This document shows positions 59,707 to 64,000 of a stretch of 64,000 bases of DNA, piece by piece. The stretch spans positions 15,286,984 to 15,350,983 of the forward strand of contig NC_092401.1 of assembly GCF_030028105.1 (NCBI RefSeq), read 5' to 3'. The notes under the pieces were generated by a model. The model saw nothing but the letters and a program-made list of their open reading frames with translations, had not been told where the DNA came from and made no database searches. The stretch comes from Mobula birostris. Lineage: Eukaryota. Within the stretch, counting starts at the first letter, position 1. Each line of letters opens with the position of its first letter. The position numbers were made by a program, and so were the translations under genes.

Positions 59707-61274
59707 TGTCATGGTCCGGTCCGTGAAGTCCACATTCTAGTTCATGGTCCAGTCCCTGTACTCAGGGCTCCGGGTCTGCCAGCTGTCCCTCGTTTGACTG
59801 AGTTAAGCATAGGTACCTGATTCCCATATTGGTGTTTGGAATATAAGTAGCCTTGGGGTTGAATGTGGGCTGCTGTTTTTTCTTGTTTGTTCCCCTTGGA
59901 GCAACCTGCTGATGGAAGGCTAGTGAAACCATTTGTGATCTCTAGGCCAGGTTGGAGGACCACTGCTTCATGGAGCCTTGTTGCCACTCGTTGGAGTAGT
60001 CATTGCGGTATGGATTTGCCTGTTTCCTGGGCTCGTTGTTTCTGCAGCCAGTGGAGGTTGCTGGCTGTAACTGTGACTTGGAGCTACGCCGGAGCAGAGA
60101 TGGAACTGTCTGTTGTTCTTTGGTGTTTGTCTCTTCTTGTCCTCGTCTCCGTGGGGTAAGTCAGTCTGTTTTGCCGTTGGCCTGCGGGGGGATCTATCTT
60201 GTCTTGACATCGCCTCCGTGGGGTAAGTCAGGCTGTTCTCCCGTTTCCCTGCGGGGGTCATGTCTTGTTTTGTCTTTGCCTCTGTTGGGTAAGTCTGGCC
60301 ATTCTGCTGTTACCCAACAGGTGGACCTGTCCCACCTTGATGTGGAGAGGTTGAGTCCCGTCTTGTCTAAGTATAAGTCCTGGCTCTATGTCTATGTTCT
60401 CTTCTGTCTCATGTTAGTGTCGTGTTAACGATGAGTCCTGGATTTTTAAAGGACAAGTCCCGGCTCTATGTTAATGTTCAGTTCCCAGTCGATCTCTCAG
60501 CTCCAGCCTCGAGTTATCAGGATGAATTTCAAGATGAAGATCCTTCAGACAAGCTCCAAAAACCCAAGCCTCGAGGATCCCAAGCCACGCTCCAAGAACC
60601 CAAGCCTCGAGGATCCCAAGCCACACTCCAAGAACCTAAGCCTCAAGGATCCCAAGCCAAGTGCCAGGAACCCAAGCCTCAAGGATCCCAAGCCAAGCTC
60701 CCAAGCCTCGAGGATCCCAAGCCAAGCTCCAAGAACCCAAGCCTCGAGGATCCCAAGCCAAGCTCCAAGAACCCAAGCCTCGAGGATCCCAAGCCAAGTT
60801 CCAAGAACCCAAGCCTCAAGGATCCCAAGCCAAGCCCCAAAAACTCTAGCCTCCAGGATCCCAAGCCAAGCTCAAGACCAAAGACCCCAGCCTCAAGCCA
60901 AGCTCAGGACCCAAGACCCCAGCCTCAAGCCAAGCTCAGGACCCAAGACCCCAGCCTCAAGCCAAGCTCAGGCTTCTGGACCCCAGCCACGTCCTGACCT
61001 GAAGCCATGTCACGTCCTTGCCTTGTTCTGGGGTCCGAGCCTGAGGGAAGACCCAGGTTCTGGGTCCTTGTCCAGTCTCGGGCGCGGAGTCCAAGCCTTG
61101 TCTCCTAGTCCATGGTTCCTAGTCCTGGTCCTGCTTTCCCTAGCCCAGGTCTGCGTTCTTGTCCCTGCTCCTGGTCTGAATCCTGTCACGTCCCTACTCT
61201 AGTCAAGTCCAGTTCCTTGTACTTCAGTGTCTGTGTCTTGCATTTGGGTCCATTCCCAACGCCCCACTATGAAA
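59707..61274 (+). mobile_element. Solo LTR (gypsy-type) with internal minisatellite
   Basis: Termini TGTCAT...ATGAAA (one change from ATGACA); 5-bp TSD gcaac at 59702-59706 and 61275-61279; gcatttgggtcc near the 3' end. Confidence 0.85.
60550..60975. repeat. Minisatellite: ~9 units of 36 bp, then ~3 units of 32 bp
   Basis: ccaagaacccaagcctcgaggatcccaagccaagct, then ctcaagccaagctcaggacccaagaccccagc. Confidence 0.95.
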
Positions 61275-61974
61275 GCAACATCCCCAAGTCGGGCACTTTT
61301 GCTTGAAATTGCCGAATTAGATATTCACATTTTACTGAAATATTTAAATCTCTCTGTACAGTGACTATATGTCTGTAAAAGGTCAAGCTTGCCATCTGTG
61401 TATTTGTCAGTCTGTCTGCATTATCTAACACAACTGTCCAACCTATGTAACTCTATTGGAACTACCATCTATAAAACTGAAAACAAGTTTCCTCTTGCAA
61501 TGCTACAACCTTGCCAGAACATCACAAACCTCAGGTGTAAGGCTTGATTGGAATCCTTAAAATTCCTTTTTTTGGAGTCTTTGAAATTCTACTTCACTCA
61601 CTTATGTCATCGGTAAAGTTTGAAAAAGTCAAACATGATCCAATGCCATTTCTTTTTGTTTTCAGTCGATTTTTATGTTAGTTTCTAACTGTAAATTAAG
61701 ATAATAGCTTTCTGTTTTATGTGCACATTCTTTATTTGAATCCACACACAAGATACTGGAGAAACACAATAGGCCATGGAGCATTTACAGAGAGAAATAG
61801 ATTGTTGAAGTTCCAAATACCTGAAACTACACTGTACCTCCTGTGTGATAATAACAAAGCATTCACAGTTCCCTTCACAGATGATGTCTGACCCATTAAG
61901 TTCCTCCAGCATTATGTGTTGCTCCAGATTTCATCATCTACTGCCTCTTGTGTCTCATCTCTATCTAAATTCAG

Positions 61975-62600
61975 CCACAATAGGCATCACCATTTTCGCA
62001 AACTTTGATAGATGCATTATGGAGAGCATTCTGACAGTAGACATCACCACCTGGTGTGGAGGCTCCAATGCACAAGAAAGATTGAAGGGACTGGAGAGGT
62101 TTGTATATTTGGCCATTTCCATCACAGGCACAACCCTCCCCAATGTTAAGAACATCTTCGCAATATCTCAATCTGGCAGCATCCATCATCAGGGACAACT
62201 CATTATCTGGGATATACTCTCGTATTGTTACTACCATCAGAAAGGAAGTTCAGGTGCCTGAAGACCCAAAACTAAATGAACAGATATACTCCACTTCATA
62301 AGATTTCTGAACATCTATGAATCCACATCATTATTCCTTTTTTTGCAACACTCACAACACGCTGGAGGAACTCAGCAGGTCGGGCAGCATCCGTGGAAAA
62401 GTCGGTCGACATTTTGGGCCGGAACCCTTCGTCACGACCCCAGCATCTGCATATTATCTTGTGCTTATTATTCCTTTTTTTTGCAGTACGTATTTATTTT
62501 TGTAGTTTATAGTGATTTTATGTCTTTGCTCTGTCCTGCTGCAAAACAACAAATCTCATGTCATACAAGTCAATCAGAATAAAACCTGATTCTGATTTAA
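61975..62600 (+). mobile_element. Decayed Rex1 3' fragment with a small Penelope-derived insert (~62345-62450)
   Basis: RCIMESILTVDITTWCG; aataaaacctgattctgatt tail. Confidence 0.8.
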
Positions 62601-63349
62601 TTTAACTTTGACTTTCAACATCCATGAATCCATGATGAGGAGTATATTAGTGCTCATTATTTCACTATATTTTCTTAATATATAGCTAAGGCTGAGAGTT
62701 GGGAGCACCTGGCATATTTCCAATATGCGCTTGACACAAATTTAAAAGTGGACCCTTAAAATGAAGTGACGGTCTTAATTTGGATGTAGGCAGATTGGTA
62801 AAATGAATGGACTTTTGGTAGATGAAATGTAATACATGTGCAACAGCCAGGATCTGTTTTCCTTGTTTTCCACTCCTATCAGATTCCTTCTTTAGCTCTT
62901 TGCTTTTTCCATATATCACCAGCAGGCTTCTCACATCATTCTCTTTCATCCTACCCTCTCCCTACCTGCCCCACCAACCTTCACCTTCAGCAGGATTTAC
63001 CTATTTCCTGCAGCTATGCTTCTCCATCTCTCTTTCCCTCTCCCTTCTGTTGCCTTCCTTTACAATCTTGAAAAGTCTTAGACTGAAATGGCCACTGTTA
63101 ATTCCCTTCCACAGATGCTCTCTGACCTGCTGAGTTCCTCCAGCATTTTGTTTGTGTTGCTCAAATGTAAACTGTTATGTACTGAGAAAAAGTAGAAACT
63201 GGACCCTGTACAATTCCAAAATATGTACTCCAATAGAGATCTAGGATACTTCTGCATTAATTTTTCAAGGTGGTTGAATATAATGAAAATGATGTTTAAA
63301 TGGTTTCACGATCACAGGTTTTATACATTTTAGGTAGGATTTTCCTTTC

Positions 63350-63497
63350 AGCAAAGATAGCGGAATCAAAGTTTATGGGGATAGGGCAAGAACTGGATAC
63401 TGATAGTGGATGATCAGCCATGATCACAGTGAATGGTGGTGCTGGCTCGAAGGGCCAAATGGCCTACTCCTGCACCTATTGTCTATTGTCTATTGTC
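63350..63497 (+). mobile_element. CR1 3' end
   Basis: ggatgatcagccatgatc...gaagggccaaatggcctactcctgcacct(attgtct)n. Confidence 0.85.
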
Positions 63498-64000
63498 TGA
63501 ACCATGCTAGCTCTGGCCGCAAGATGGAAGGTGTGCATCTAGATGAAGTCATGGGGATAGGGAATGGCCAGAGTGCATGCATACAAATCACTATAGAATT
63601 GGAGTTTACTTCTTGAGAGGGAAGTTGGAAAAGCGGGGAAGTTATGTCAAACTCACTTCAAACATTAGTTATCTGGTTACATAAAAGGATGCAGTGACAC
63701 TGCAGAAGGTGAAGAGGAGATTTACAAGGCTAATAGCAGAACTGGTAAAGATGAACAGCCAAGGACATTGTTTTCTTCCTGAGCAAAGAAAGCTGACGAG
63801 CTATGGGATGTAGTTGTTTATAATTCTCAAGGTGCACTAGAGGAACTTAGTGTCCTGACACAGTATATCCGAACTCTGGCAACCGCCCTGCAAAAAGTAT
63901 TTTTCTAAGCACAACAGTTTGGTTTTATCTGATTCTCATTCCCTATCTCTTTATTATGAATTGCAGCACAGAAGAAACACTTATTTGTTCACTGTCTATC

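Noticed and set aside
60550-60975. 36-bp periodic repeats as a CRISPR array
   Set aside because: Head-to-tail tandem units with no unique spacers, no cas genes, eukaryotic context.
60422-61202. 191- and 244-aa Pro/Lys/Ser-rich ORFs as a host gene
   Set aside because: They arise from a minisatellite inside a TSD-flanked solo LTR; repeats switch frame and there is no splice or homology support.

Overview
Eukaryotic (vertebrate) genomic DNA, mostly transposon-derived: CR1-clade LINEs, Rex1/Babar LINEs, Penelope-like elements, a decayed chromodomain Ty3/gypsy element, a solo LTR, an RTE fragment and a hAT-Charlie DNA transposon. The repeat landscape looks like a cartilaginous fish, probably a ray (inference). 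Almost all long ORFs in the track are retroelement remnants. The host genes consist of small exons that the ORF track misses or reads in another context. (1) A minus-strand type II membrane gene: cytoplasmic exon [10 protein letters not shown]... (41715-41805), transmembrane exon (40496-40615), and phase-1/phase-1 coiled-coil neck exons (16040-16105, 12371-12442, 1479-1550) carrying a DC-SIGN-like [IL]QDEISQL repeat. It is most likely a CD209/CLEC4/FCER2-type C-type lectin receptor; the lectin domain would lie left of the window and is not seen. Its neck appears to evolve by birth and death of whole exons: a kb-scale tandem duplication, a lost exon and several dead neck exons are visible. (2) Upstream on the same strand are coiled-coil exons (~57.4-57.7 kb) resembling EVI5L, the gene next to the CD209 cluster in mammals. 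Also present: a recent 3.5-kb copy-paste duplication flanked by a 75-bp target duplication, a PU.1+RUNX-like promoter motif, and minimal hammerhead-ribozyme motifs in Penelope ends. All calls were made by eye; TE boundaries are approximate unless a TSD is cited.
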